IMG/VR virus record: IMGVR_UViG_3300031088_000740
Reading direction: 5' to 3' (one strand)
Length of the DNA: 64,000 nucleotides
DNA from: an uncultured virus (IMG/VR IMGVR_UViG_3300031088_000740)
Lineage: Duplodnaviria > Heunggongvirae > Uroviricota > Caudoviricetes
This document shows positions 38,782-47,999 of the stretch, piece after piece. Position 1 is the stretch's first letter, and each line of letters starts with the position of its first letter. The position numbers and the translations under genes were made by a program. Under the pieces are notes generated by a model. That model was not told the DNA's origin. It did no database searches and worked only from the letters and a program-made list of their open reading frames with translations.

Positions 38782-39705
38782 TTACCCCTCGAAGACCCGT
38801 CTCTCACCAATGATGTGTTTTGTACCGATAGCGACTTCTCTATCGAGGATGCTCACATCGAGCTTATCGACATCAAGCACTGCAATGTTGTGGGGCGAGT
38901 TGTCCATGTTGAGACCAACGATCCTGCTCTCAAACGACACAGAGCTTTCCTCCGACCAACCATCAGAGTCAGCCCAGTGATTCTCGAACTCACCCGTCTC
39001 GTCAAGATAAAGATGCCAGTGTCCATGCATCAACAAACCGGGCTGTGCGAAATGGAACACCTTGTCAAGCCGAGCGCGCGATGTCTCCGCATAGGCTAGC
39101 TCCTTGATATCCCAGTTCAATGAAGTACTAGCTGCATACTCAGCCAGAGTGATGACATCTCGTGGAGCATCGTGAGTGAACATTGCGTCAACATGAACAC
39201 CATCAAGCTCAGCGATAATCGAATCTACCTCTCCATCAGTGATGTTCTCGCCTTCCCACCATGTCTTATTGCGTGTCCTGTGGAGGAAGTCAATGGAAGA
39301 TGCTCCACCCAGACCCATGAACAGCCTCTTACGGTGCTGCCATGTAAATCCACGAGGAAGCAGACCAATGCGAGATTCCAAGTGAGCTACGCCTGTTTTG
39401 GTCCATCGAATCCCAAACTCATCGATATCAAACTTTGAATCGTCATTGATGTAGTCATAGTTCTCATGGTTACCAGGGACCACGAAGAGCCACTGGTCGT
39501 TTTCAAGGAGTGTCTTGTTGATTTTCGCAAGCCACCTAAAAATGTCTCCCATGAGACCAAAGTCTCCAAGCTGAACAATCGAAGAGATGCCTGACAAAGA
39601 GAGTGTTTTGAGCGCGAAGCGAGTCCATTCGACATTGCCGTGCACGTCACCTAGAACACCTAGATAGCGTGTATCTAGGTGAGGTACGTGCGATGGTGTC
39701 AACAT
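38782..39705 (-). CDS. calcineurin-like metallophosphoesterase
   Basis: GDVHG, LGDFG, GNHE, THD, HGHWH. Confidence 0.9.
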   Translation of the reverse strand: MLTPSHVPHLDTRYLGVLGDVHGNVEWTRFALKTLSLSGISSIVQLGDFGLMGDIFRWLAKINKTLLENDQWLFVVPGNHENYDYINDDSKFDIDEFGIRWTKTGVAHLESRIGLLPRGFTWQHRKRLFMGLGGASSIDFLHRTRNKTWWEGENITDGEVDSIIAELDGVHVDAMFTHDAPRDVITLAEYAASTSLNWDIKELAYAETSRARLDKVFHFAQPGLLMHGHWHLYLDETGEFENHWADSDGWSEESSVSFESRIVGLNMDNSPHNIAVLDVDKLDVSILDREVAIGTKHIIGERRVFEG

Positions 39706-39803
39706 TGGCTAATCCTACATGGATGAAACCTATCTGTCCATCAAATCGTAATGTGTATGGTATCGAGCTACCCGTTGTCGCTAGCCCTTGATACTATACA
39801 GAC

Positions 39804-40706
39804 ATGCCACTAAACCCTAACACCCAACCAAAGCAGATCGTTGATGTCAATGGTCATCTCACGACCCGTCACGTTTCGACCAACAAGACAACCAAGGGTG
39901 TTGACCGAGTGGCAAGCATCGTTCCTGTCAAGCCTTCTCTCGATAGAAGCAAGTACTCATCCCCGCTAGACAGAACCATTCAAAACACTCCGCTCAAGGA
40001 GATGGGACCGGCTCTTCTTTCTGCCGCAATTCAGCACAAATTCCCATCAGAACGTGTGGGCGATGCTATTGCGATGGCATCCTACCTTCACCGTAAGCAG
40101 ACCAGAGGATCGCGCGGTAGTCAGCCCCGTGATGAGTACATTTCCCACCCACTACGAAACTCTTTGCGCGCCATTCGGTTCAACTGTGAATCCGAGAACA
40201 TCGCTATCGCCAACATCATGCACGACACGGTGGAAGACTGCACTGATGAGATGATTGCTATTGAGTACCCCGAGCTTGATATCAGTGACTGGACTCAGCA
40301 GGAAAAGCAAGACTTCGCCATTGACGAAATCATCCTCCCGGCGTTCGGTGAGAGGGTAGCAAAAACGGTCAAGGGCGTTACCAACGCTCCTAAGAAGCCT
40401 GGTATCAGCAAGTTGCAGAGCCAGCAGGAGTACCGCGAAAAGGTTCTCAAAGCAATTGAAGATGAGGACGTTTTCATCGTCAAGACTTTCGACTGGCTCG
40501 ATAACGCTGGCTCCCTACATCACCATGTTGGCGAGAAGCCGGGTATGGTCAAAAGCATGGCTGGTAAGTACCGACCGCTAGCGCAAGCATTCATCGAGAG
40601 ATTGAAGACTGTCGAACAGATTCCTGAGCACAGCAGGGCGCTCTTGGAGATGAAGATTCGTGAGGTCGAAGCTCGTCTTATCGAGTTCGAAGCTATGGAA
40701 CTCTAA
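39804..40706 (+). CDS. DKNG-tag protein with RelA/SpoT-type HD hydrolase (Mesh1/SAH-like)
   Basis: KQIVDVNGHLTTRH tag; HRKQTR...YISHPL...MHDTVED...FGERVA..VKGVT...VKTFDWLDN. Confidence 0.85.
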   Translation: MPLNPNTQPKQIVDVNGHLTTRHVSTNKTTKGVDRVASIVPVKPSLDRSKYSSPLDRTIQNTPLKEMGPALLSAAIQHKFPSERVGDAIAMASYLHRKQTRGSRGSQPRDEYISHPLRNSLRAIRFNCESENIAIANIMHDTVEDCTDEMIAIEYPELDISDWTQQEKQDFAIDEIILPAFGERVAKTVKGVTNAPKKPGISKLQSQQEYREKVLKAIEDEDVFIVKTFDWLDNAGSLHHHVGEKPGMVKSMAGKYRPLAQAFIERLKTVEQIPEHSRALLEMKIREVEARLIEFEAMEL

Positions 40707-40762
40707 TTGACTCGAATGCCCTCCTTCTGATAGTGTTTGTGTATCAACCAGAAGGAGGGCAT
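40707..40762 (+). promoter_or_regulatory. promoter TTGACT-N18-TAGTGT embedded in a 14-bp hairpin that sequesters the downstream RBS
   Basis: arms 40716-40729 and 40749-40762; right arm contains AAGGAGG. Confidence 0.7.
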
Positions 40763-40766
40763 CGTC

Positions 40767-41561
40767 ATGTCAACACAAGAAATCAGCTTGTCGGGCATCG
40801 ACGACCTTTCGTTGATCCTTCACACTGTCTACGGTTCTGAAGTTCACCACATCAACTACGGTGATGCATCAGACCGAGATGAAGTCGCTATCTACGTCCC
40901 TACGATTGACGAAGCACTGAGCCTTCAGTCTCCGATTGAACTGTATCGGTATCGCTCTGCCTATGACCGTAGAGGCGAAGAGGACTACCATACTCAACCT
41001 CGTAGTCAGAAAGGCGATCTGGACTTCAACGTTTACGAAGTGAGGCATTGGTCTCGCATTGCTCTAACGGGTAGCCCATTCATCCTCGCACCACTGTTTG
41101 TTGACGAAGAGTGGATTATCTCGGAGACAGATATGGGCGCGGAGCTTCGAGAGAACTGGGATCGGTTCATGTCTCGAAGCGTCATCACCAAGTCAATTGG
41201 TTACATGAAGTCACAGTACGAGCGGATGATGGGCATTCGAAGCAACAGGGTATCTCGACCTGAGCTTGTCGATGCTCATGGTTACGATACGAAGTTCGCG
41301 GCTCACATGATTCGCATTGGTATCCAAGCTCGCAAGGTGGTTGCTGGTAAGGGTATCGAAATTCCTGTCAATCCTGTCGATGCTGCAAAGATTCGATCTG
41401 TCCGAGCAGGTGAGGTAGAGCAAGATGAGGTGGTCGCTTGGTATCACGCACTCTACGCTGAGCTTTCTTCTGCACTAGATGAAGAAAGGTACTTTGTTCC
41501 CGAGGAACCGGATTACGCTTGGGTGAATGACTGGGCAGTAAGAGCCATCCGCAATCAGTGA
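40767..41561 (+). CDS. predicted nucleotidyltransferase (Nuc-transf/YcgL-like)
   Basis: GSEVH...SDRD; GYDTKFAAHMIR...IRSVRAG. Confidence 0.8.
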   Translation: MSTQEISLSGIDDLSLILHTVYGSEVHHINYGDASDRDEVAIYVPTIDEALSLQSPIELYRYRSAYDRRGEEDYHTQPRSQKGDLDFNVYEVRHWSRIALTGSPFILAPLFVDEEWIISETDMGAELRENWDRFMSRSVITKSIGYMKSQYERMMGIRSNRVSRPELVDAHGYDTKFAAHMIRIGIQARKVVAGKGIEIPVNPVDAAKIRSVRAGEVEQDEVVAWYHALYAELSSALDEERYFVPEEPDYAWVNDWAVRAIRNQ

Positions 41562-41594
41562 GAAAAGTGAGGGGCGATCTTTCGAGGTCGTCCC

Positions 41595-42233
41595 TTACTC
41601 TGATGCGAAGAAAATAGGCTGACCTTCAAAGTAGTCGTATGGTCCATCGTAAGGAGCATACGTCACACCCTTGGTGGATGGAGAACCCTTCTCGGTAGCG
41701 CCAACGAAACACTGGTTGATGACAACGTTGCCTTGGTCGAATGACTCTCCAAAAGCTGTCGTTGCGCAGTCTTCCCATCCTAGGATTGCCACACCCTGTG
41801 TCTTGGTGCCATCGCTATGTGCGGGGTAGAAGTCAGCATAGTTCGACTCCAACGAGACCGAAGAACCCGATACTTTTGTCTCTTCCATCCTGATGATGGT
41901 GAGGTCGTAACGCTCTAGCTGGGGTAGCTTGCGTACGAGATAGTCGCGTTGTTCATCAGTTGCTGGGTCTAGGCTTACCAGTCGAGATGCCAGAACAGCT
42001 TTCTGATCGTCAAGTCCCACATACTCGTAACTAGCCCAATCCTGCGCCTCGACTGAACTGCCTTTAGGGGTGAGTGCCTTATCGCTCCTTATGCCCCCTG
42101 AGTCGCTCTGTGAGCCACTTGAATCGGATTGGACGGGAGAACTACCACCCGCACCGATGGCGCATCCAGCAAGAAGCAGAGCGCTCGTCAGCACACCCGC
42201 TATACAGAGTGGTATCTTCTTGCGCATAAACAT
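41595..42233 (-). CDS. lipoprotein
   Basis: lipobox LAGC followed by a Ser/Gly linker. Confidence 0.7.
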   Translation of the reverse strand: MFMRKKIPLCIAGVLTSALLLAGCAIGAGGSSPVQSDSSGSQSDSGGIRSDKALTPKGSSVEAQDWASYEYVGLDDQKAVLASRLVSLDPATDEQRDYLVRKLPQLERYDLTIIRMEETKVSGSSVSLESNYADFYPAHSDGTKTQGVAILGWEDCATTAFGESFDQGNVVINQCFVGATEKGSPSTKGVTYAPYDGPYDYFEGQPIFFASE

Positions 42234-42285
42234 CCTTAGTGCTATGCACTAAATTTACAGCAGCTATCCGCCTTCACCCTCGGAT

Positions 42286-42537
42286 TCAGGAAGTCTGAAA
42301 GGGAACTGTCTGGTAATAGCTTCCTTCTTGACCCGGCTCGTTAGACCCGGTACAGGAATTTCTATGGTCAGTTGCTTTCGGACATCTCTTGTTACCGCAG
42401 TCAGCGCAAAGAATCATCCTTGATGAGAGTGCGTCAAGTCCAGCGCCATTTGCCTTCTGGAACTCTCTCCGCTCGTTATCGCACACCATACAGTCAGTGG
42501 TCCACATGTTCTGTGTAGCCGGATTGTGCGTAGTCAT
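42286..42537 (-). CDS. small Cys-rich zinc-binding protein
   Basis: CMVC...CADCGNKRCPKATDHRNSCTGSNEPGQEGS. Confidence 0.7.
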   Translation of the reverse strand: MTTHNPATQNMWTTDCMVCDNERREFQKANGAGLDALSSRMILCADCGNKRCPKATDHRNSCTGSNEPGQEGSYYQTVPFQTS

Positions 42538-42629
42538 ATCTTTCCCTAGCTCGACGAATTCTCAGGGTACACGCTTGTTCACCGGTTAAACAACAATACC
42601 GACCCCGGTAGAAGAGGTCGGTATTGTTG

Positions 42630-43208
42630 TTAGTCGGTCTTCAAGCTATCAAAGAAGGCGAGCATTCTGTCTAGGTCGGGCTTCAGCATACCGTAGTCAG
42701 GGTCAGTAGCCAAGACCAAGTGAGGAACATCAAGATCCCCCACGAAGTCTTTGGGGTCATAACTCGGTGTCGCGTCATCATCGATCCAGACGAACGGACG
42801 CGGATCTGCACGAAGGGTTGCGAGAAGAGCAGCATACTTCCTGTCCGCCCTGATGAGGGTTACCAAGTCCGAAGTGGCTTTGTCGGTGCCACTCGGAAGA
42901 CCGCCATCAGCATCCCAATCGACGTAACCGTCCGAGCGAGTAAGAAGCGCCCTATCGACATCAGTCACGGTGGTGTCAAGCCAGGTAGACAGCCACAGCC
43001 ACTTGAACCCATACAGGTTCTTGGCGGAGTTGAACTTGCTCACCATCTCTGCCGAATACATCACGGGGAATGTGTATCCATAGCGAGAGTAGCCAAGGTT
43101 GTTCTTTCGAACATAACCAAAGGCATCCTTTCGCCGCACGTAAGAGTTCTTCGATGCGGAGATGTTGAAAACTCCGTCGAAGTCACTGAGCAGTAATGGC
43201 GTATTCAT
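42630..43208 (-). CDS. HAD-family phosphatase (RNA-repair-associated type)
   Basis: LSDFDGVFN, WLSTW, PFVWIDDD. Confidence 0.8.
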   Translation of the reverse strand: MNTPLLLSDFDGVFNISASKNSYVRRKDAFGYVRKNNLGYSRYGYTFPVMYSAEMVSKFNSAKNLYGFKWLWLSTWLDTTVTDVDRALLTRSDGYVDWDADGGLPSGTDKATSDLVTLIRADRKYAALLATLRADPRPFVWIDDDATPSYDPKDFVGDLDVPHLVLATDPDYGMLKPDLDRMLAFFDSLKTD

Positions 43209-43239
43209 AGTTCTAAGTTAGAGTAGAAAACGCTAGTTG

Positions 43240-43554
43240 TCAAGCAGAGGGCTGAACGACCACATTATCGTTAGGGACGGGAGTGGTCTTGATTCGAGAA
43301 ACGACTCGCCTTCTGTCTCGAACAAAGCCATCGATGATTGATGCGAACGTCGCGATGACAATAGCAACCAGGATGAATTCGGTACTGATAACTGCAATCG
43401 ATGAAGCCGACGAGTTGAGGTTGAGCAAGTCGATGAAGTAGGGGTAGGTGATGAACACAAAGTAGAGACCGCTCCATGCGGCAACCCAGAAGAGCAGCGC
43501 AAGGATGATCAATCGGTGTCGAGAAATAAACGACGGTCGCTTCGCTTTGTGCAT
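43240..43554 (-). CDS. membrane protein
   Basis: 2 TM; AAGGGA RBS. Confidence 0.55.
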   Translation of the reverse strand: MHKAKRPSFISRHRLIILALLFWVAAWSGLYFVFITYPYFIDLLNLNSSASSIAVISTEFILVAIVIATFASIIDGFVRDRRRVVSRIKTTPVPNDNVVVQPSA

Positions 43555-43811
43555 AGTGAAATCCCTTGTTGTCAAGCTTGGCTGTGACAGTATCACGTTG
43601 TCAGGTCAAAGGGAACACCTAAATTATCGACGGGCGCGCTTTCTCTTGCCGTGTCCGATAATGAACATCCCAATGAGCACAATAGCAGCGCACACCAGGG
43701 TGATCCAGGCAGACATCTGAGACATAAACCATTCACTGAATTCCATTGCAGCACTCCATTTCAGAGACAGGATAACACGAACAAATCAAGGTGTATTGGT
43801 TTGCGTGATTA

Positions 43812-44561
43812 CTAGGCGTGCAGAGCTAAAGCCCATAGCGTAAGTTCGGTAGTGATACCAAAGGCGATACCGAGGATGATGAGTATGCCGGATAGGACTG
43901 GCTTAGACGCAAACATCGGGTAGTAGTCCTTGAAGTGTTTCTCGACGTACTTGAATCCCTTGCGCTCGTGAATGAGCATGATGCGAGCAGGTAGGTTCTC
44001 AGAAAGCCACCAAAGGTCTTGTACATCCCATCGTTCCATGTTCAATCTGAACATCATCTCATCGCCTCGGTAGAAGCATGCCCATCCCTTGTGGTTGAAC
44101 CTGCTTTGTGCGGTAGTGTTTGAGAAGTAAGCAATGAAGAAGTCTGATTGAGTTTGTTCACCGATGTAGAACGAAACCGATGATCCAAGCGCGGTCTGGT
44201 AGTGCAAGATGCCCTCATCAGGCGAAATGACTATCCGATTATCCCTCTGCATGAGCATGTAGAGAACCACTGGAATCAAAGTGATGAGGACAGCAACGAA
44301 CCATGAAATTGTGACATCGATAGAACCCTCGCCGGGTATGACGTTGATCATTGTGTACAGCAACAAGGGAACCACAGCCGCCAGCGAAGTAAGCAGTGCA
44401 AATATCCCTAGTCGGGAAGTCTTACGCTCGGGATAGATAGAGATAGTCTGAGACTTGTCAACAGCGACATTCTGAGTCTTGATAGGTGTCGATTTGCCCT
44501 TGTCACCGGAGAGGTAGGGCGTGCGAAATGAAGCGGTCCTTGTGCTCACTCTATCCGACAT
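43812..44561 (-). CDS. membrane protein
   Basis: 3 TM. Confidence 0.6.
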   Translation of the reverse strand: MSDRVSTRTASFRTPYLSGDKGKSTPIKTQNVAVDKSQTISIYPERKTSRLGIFALLTSLAAVVPLLLYTMINVIPGEGSIDVTISWFVAVLITLIPVVLYMLMQRDNRIVISPDEGILHYQTALGSSVSFYIGEQTQSDFFIAYFSNTTAQSRFNHKGWACFYRGDEMMFRLNMERWDVQDLWWLSENLPARIMLIHERKGFKYVEKHFKDYYPMFASKPVLSGILIILGIAFGITTELTLWALALHA

Positions 44562-44611
44562 GAGCAACATGCTATCAACCCAATTCGAAGGCTATGGCGA
44601 AAGCGAGTGGA

Positions 44612-45136
44612 TTACAAATCGTATGCGACGAGTTCCCCTTTGGAGTTACGACCCACTTGACCACAATCAACGTATCCAACCCAGTTAGGCATGTCTTGGT
44701 AGCTAGCTGTCACTATCTCGACCTTCTCCATAACAAGGACAGGAATGTCATCAATGAACTCCATTCTACAATCAGCCAGCGGTATAAAGTCATCTGCCCA
44801 CTTACTTTCGTTGCTGGTGGCAATGGCACCTTCTCCATCGAGCGAGAATTTGATAACGAAGCCATCGCCTCTATCGAATGTAGCGCGAGTTCGACCGCAC
44901 CAAGGATCTCCGTACTGCTCAACGAGTGATTCGAAAACCGGAATTAGTTCGGTATCTTCACTGAACTCACCATCTGTCAGCATATCCATCGCATACTCAT
45001 AGTCGTATCGATGAGCTACTGCGGCGCTCGGGACGGCAGTGGTTCCAGCCTGAGCGGTGTTTGCCTGCTCAGGATTTTTCCACACATGAGTCAGCTTGCC
45101 GTTCTTGTCAGTGACCGGCGTACGAACCGCATTCAT
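44612..45136 (-). CDS. DKNG-tag protein with a minimal protein-kinase-like domain
   Basis: TPVTDKNGKLTHVWK; GRTRATF...VIKF...NE...LVMEKV...D..QVG...VAYD. Confidence 0.6.
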   Translation of the reverse strand: MNAVRTPVTDKNGKLTHVWKNPEQANTAQAGTTAVPSAAVAHRYDYEYAMDMLTDGEFSEDTELIPVFESLVEQYGDPWCGRTRATFDRGDGFVIKFSLDGEGAIATSNESKWADDFIPLADCRMEFIDDIPVLVMEKVEIVTASYQDMPNWVGYVDCGQVGRNSKGELVAYDL

Positions 45137-45137
45137 G

Positions 45138-45995
45138 TCAGTTGAACATCCTCATGAGTACGGCTTGTGCGTGCTCGAAAAGCTCACGCTGGTCTCTCTG
45201 GACCTGGGAGTGGAATCCTGGCTCGTCAGGCTCTTCAATGACACCATTGTGGTGATCGAGAGGGAATACTACCTCTGGCTGGTTGATGCCCTGTCTAAAC
45301 GAGACAGTACTGGAGTCACCGTCAAGAGCAATCTTGTATGCACCCAAGTTTTTGGTCATAACCATTACTGCATTGTTAGGTCTCTCTCCGGGACCGAGGT
45401 CACCACCATAAGGGTAACTGCTGGTCACCTCTACGAAGGCACCGGGAGTACTGATTTCCTTGTCTCGGAAAATGAGCGGACGGTTAGAAAGACCTCCACC
45501 TTTGAAGCTTTCAACACCCTTAGCTTCCCAGTCCTTGATAGCCTGAGCTTTGTCCATGTTTCGGTAGTAACCTCGAACATAGTGCTGAACGGCACCAATT
45601 CGGGTTGTATCTCCCTTGCCCATGTTGTCTGAACGCTCACCAACGGTATCAGTTTCGTTGCCCCGAGTGAGGGCGTACCACCTGCTTGAAACGGAGTTTC
45701 GGGTGACATACCTTTTGCTGCCACCACGGCTTGTGTCGGTATCGCGCTTCTCTACCATGCCGATAGGAGTGCCATTGAAGTAGATCAACTGGTCCTCGCC
45801 GTCAGTGACCTTCCCTACTTCGATGACATCATCCTTGTCACGCATAGGGTTTTCAATCTGAATCCTCTTACTGTTGCCAGGAGCACCAACACCAGCAACC
45901 CGATTCTTCGTCGGCGCGGAATCAGCACGCTTCTTTCGGGTGGTCTGCACACCGTTTTTATCAACGATGGGCGTGGGTACAAGATTACCTGACAT
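45138..45995 (-). CDS. DKNG-tag protein
   Basis: PTPIVDKNGVQTTRKK; AAGGAG RBS. Confidence 0.8.
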   Translation of the reverse strand: MSGNLVPTPIVDKNGVQTTRKKRADSAPTKNRVAGVGAPGNSKRIQIENPMRDKDDVIEVGKVTDGEDQLIYFNGTPIGMVEKRDTDTSRGGSKRYVTRNSVSSRWYALTRGNETDTVGERSDNMGKGDTTRIGAVQHYVRGYYRNMDKAQAIKDWEAKGVESFKGGGLSNRPLIFRDKEISTPGAFVEVTSSYPYGGDLGPGERPNNAVMVMTKNLGAYKIALDGDSSTVSFRQGINQPEVVFPLDHHNGVIEEPDEPGFHSQVQRDQRELFEHAQAVLMRMFN

Positions 45996-46086
45996 GAGTG
46001 TTATCTCCTTCTTGCTTCTAGTGTACCGCAACCGACCGACTTATCTACCAACGCAAAAACGCCCCTAGTGCTTAGGGGCATTCTTG

Positions 46087-46440
46087 CTATCGAAGAGCCT
46101 TTTGAGGGTCGTATACCTCGGATTCGACATCCGCTTCGTCATCGAAGGTCACTGCCTGGTTCGGTCTGATGGGTTCAGGGTCAAGACTGTCGTCGCCCGC
46201 ACCGCTTTCTCGGTAGAAGGCGTAGATAGCAGCGAGCGCCTGTCCTGCTCCTACGATGAAGAGAACTGCGATACCAGCAAGGACGAGATAGAACCAGAAA
46301 GGCATGGTCACGCCCATGACGTTGTAGCTCTGAGTGTTCTGGAGTGCTCCGGCAACACCGCTCATGATGAACGATGCGATGATACCTACCATGATGGCGG
46401 TAGCAGCCTTGAAGCCGTGAGACTTGGTGCGTGCGAACAT
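46087..46440 (-). CDS. membrane protein
   Basis: 2 TM; promoter TTGACA-N17-TACTGT and AAGGGAG RBS. Confidence 0.65.
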   Translation of the reverse strand: MFARTKSHGFKAATAIMVGIIASFIMSGVAGALQNTQSYNVMGVTMPFWFYLVLAGIAVLFIVGAGQALAAIYAFYRESGAGDDSLDPEPIRPNQAVTFDDEADVESEVYDPQKALR

Positions 46441-46513
46441 GATTTGCTCCCTTCCTAACTAAACAGTAGTTGAAATTAGGAAGCATGTCAAGTTAGGACA
46501 ACAAGATCATCGG

Positions 46514-47401
46514 TTACGGAGTGTCGAACGTGAGGTATGTCTGCTTTTCATTATCAGCGAGCTTGCTGTATCCCGGGTCGATACCAATGAGCGTACCACC
46601 AGCCATGCTCGTAACAACAGCGCGATTCGTCTCATCCAGCTTGGTGTCATTCTTGAAGTCTCTGAAGCTACGATCTGTTCGTGCCCACCACTTCTTTGAC
46701 TTCCAGTCGAAGGACAGCGAGTGTCCATGAACTTGCACAAAGTCCATATCGATGAATTCGGAACTGTCCGGGTCAACCCAACTGTTGTATACCTCGTTGT
46801 TTCCCGTAGCCCATGCTGGTCCCGCAGCGAGGTTAGTACGCCCAGTGAGCATCTCTCCTGGCTGAGTGAGCATGTAGACAGGCTGGCTGTTCATAAGTCT
46901 AGAACCCTCTTCGAGAGTGCGGTCAGGACCAATGTACACTTCCCACCACTTGCGAGTTAGACCAGCATGAGAGAAGAACATTCCCTTTTCGGCATGTAGA
47001 GGAACACGAGGCTTTACTGAGATTGCAACATCGTGGGCTTCATCGACAGCAAATGTAGCTTTAGCCAAACCTTCATCGAACCATGCATTGATGATCTCGA
47101 TATCTTCGGCATCGCAATCGCAGCGCCAAAATACGGGCGATCCGCTAATGTGCTGGAATTCATGGTTGCCTAGAATTTGCTCCCACTGACCAGGGTTCTG
47201 CCTAATCAGGGTATCAACCACAGCAAGAAGGACTTTACTGTTTGGACCTTTGTGAATCAGATCTCCACAGTGAACAACCCTTTTGCCCTCTGGGATAATT
47301 CCGTCCCTAGGCTCAATACCAATCTCTCTCAGCGCAGCAAATAGCTGCTTAGCGTGACCGCCCGTATCTCCAAAAACGTAGTTCTTCATAGCCTCTGACA
47401 C
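46514..47401 (-). CDS. metallophosphoesterase
   Basis: GDTGG, GDLIHKG, GNHE, SHAG, VHGH. Confidence 0.85.
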   Translation of the reverse strand: MSEAMKNYVFGDTGGHAKQLFAALREIGIEPRDGIIPEGKRVVHCGDLIHKGPNSKVLLAVVDTLIRQNPGQWEQILGNHEFQHISGSPVFWRCDCDAEDIEIINAWFDEGLAKATFAVDEAHDVAISVKPRVPLHAEKGMFFSHAGLTRKWWEVYIGPDRTLEEGSRLMNSQPVYMLTQPGEMLTGRTNLAAGPAWATGNNEVYNSWVDPDSSEFIDMDFVQVHGHSLSFDWKSKKWWARTDRSFRDFKNDTKLDETNRAVVTSMAGGTLIGIDPGYSKLADNEKQTYLTFDTP

Positions 47402-47431
47402 TCTCTTTGAGCGTACAGAGTACCCCGGAAC

Positions 47432-47878
47432 TTAGCTGTTAGAAGCCTTATTGGCACTTTCGTTCACTCGTGACTTTACGCCATCGGATGCCTTATCTAC
47501 GGCATCTTTGGCATTGGACTGAGCATCTTCTACCTTGTCTGTGACCGAAGACTTTACATCCCCAAGCTTGTCCTTGGCATCCTCATGAAAATCAGCGGCA
47601 GTCCACTTAGCCTTCTCTACCTTATCGCCAGCGGTACGGCTGAGCTTGTCAGTAGCGTCCTTGTATCGACTGCTTGTTCTCTTAGCGACACCATGCGTGA
47701 GGATAACCACCACTCCTGCGAGGGCAACAGAGCTAAGTACCAGCGAGGTCACGATACCCAGCTTTGCACTGGTACTGGTGTGAGCCTTGAAGGGCAACTG
47801 AGTATTCTTAGTTGCCTTGACACCTTTCTCTACGTATGGCTTTGCGAAGACGACTGCCTTTTCCTTGAGCTTGGTCAT
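47432..47878 (-). CDS. membrane-anchored protein with LEA/YtxH-like repeats
   Basis: TM followed by K/D/A-rich helical repeats; AGGAGG RBS. Confidence 0.6.
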   Translation of the reverse strand: MTKLKEKAVVFAKPYVEKGVKATKNTQLPFKAHTSTSAKLGIVTSLVLSSVALAGVVVILTHGVAKRTSSRYKDATDKLSRTAGDKVEKAKWTAADFHEDAKDKLGDVKSSVTDKVEDAQSNAKDAVDKASDGVKSRVNESANKASNS

Positions 47879-47999
47879 GTAATTCCTCCTGTGATTGAAA
47901 CGATTTCTACACCATACCGTTAACCTAATGGGCAACTTGCTGGTATTCATTCAATGGGTATCACGCAGACTAAACTCTCAGGAAAGGGCAGCCGTTCGG

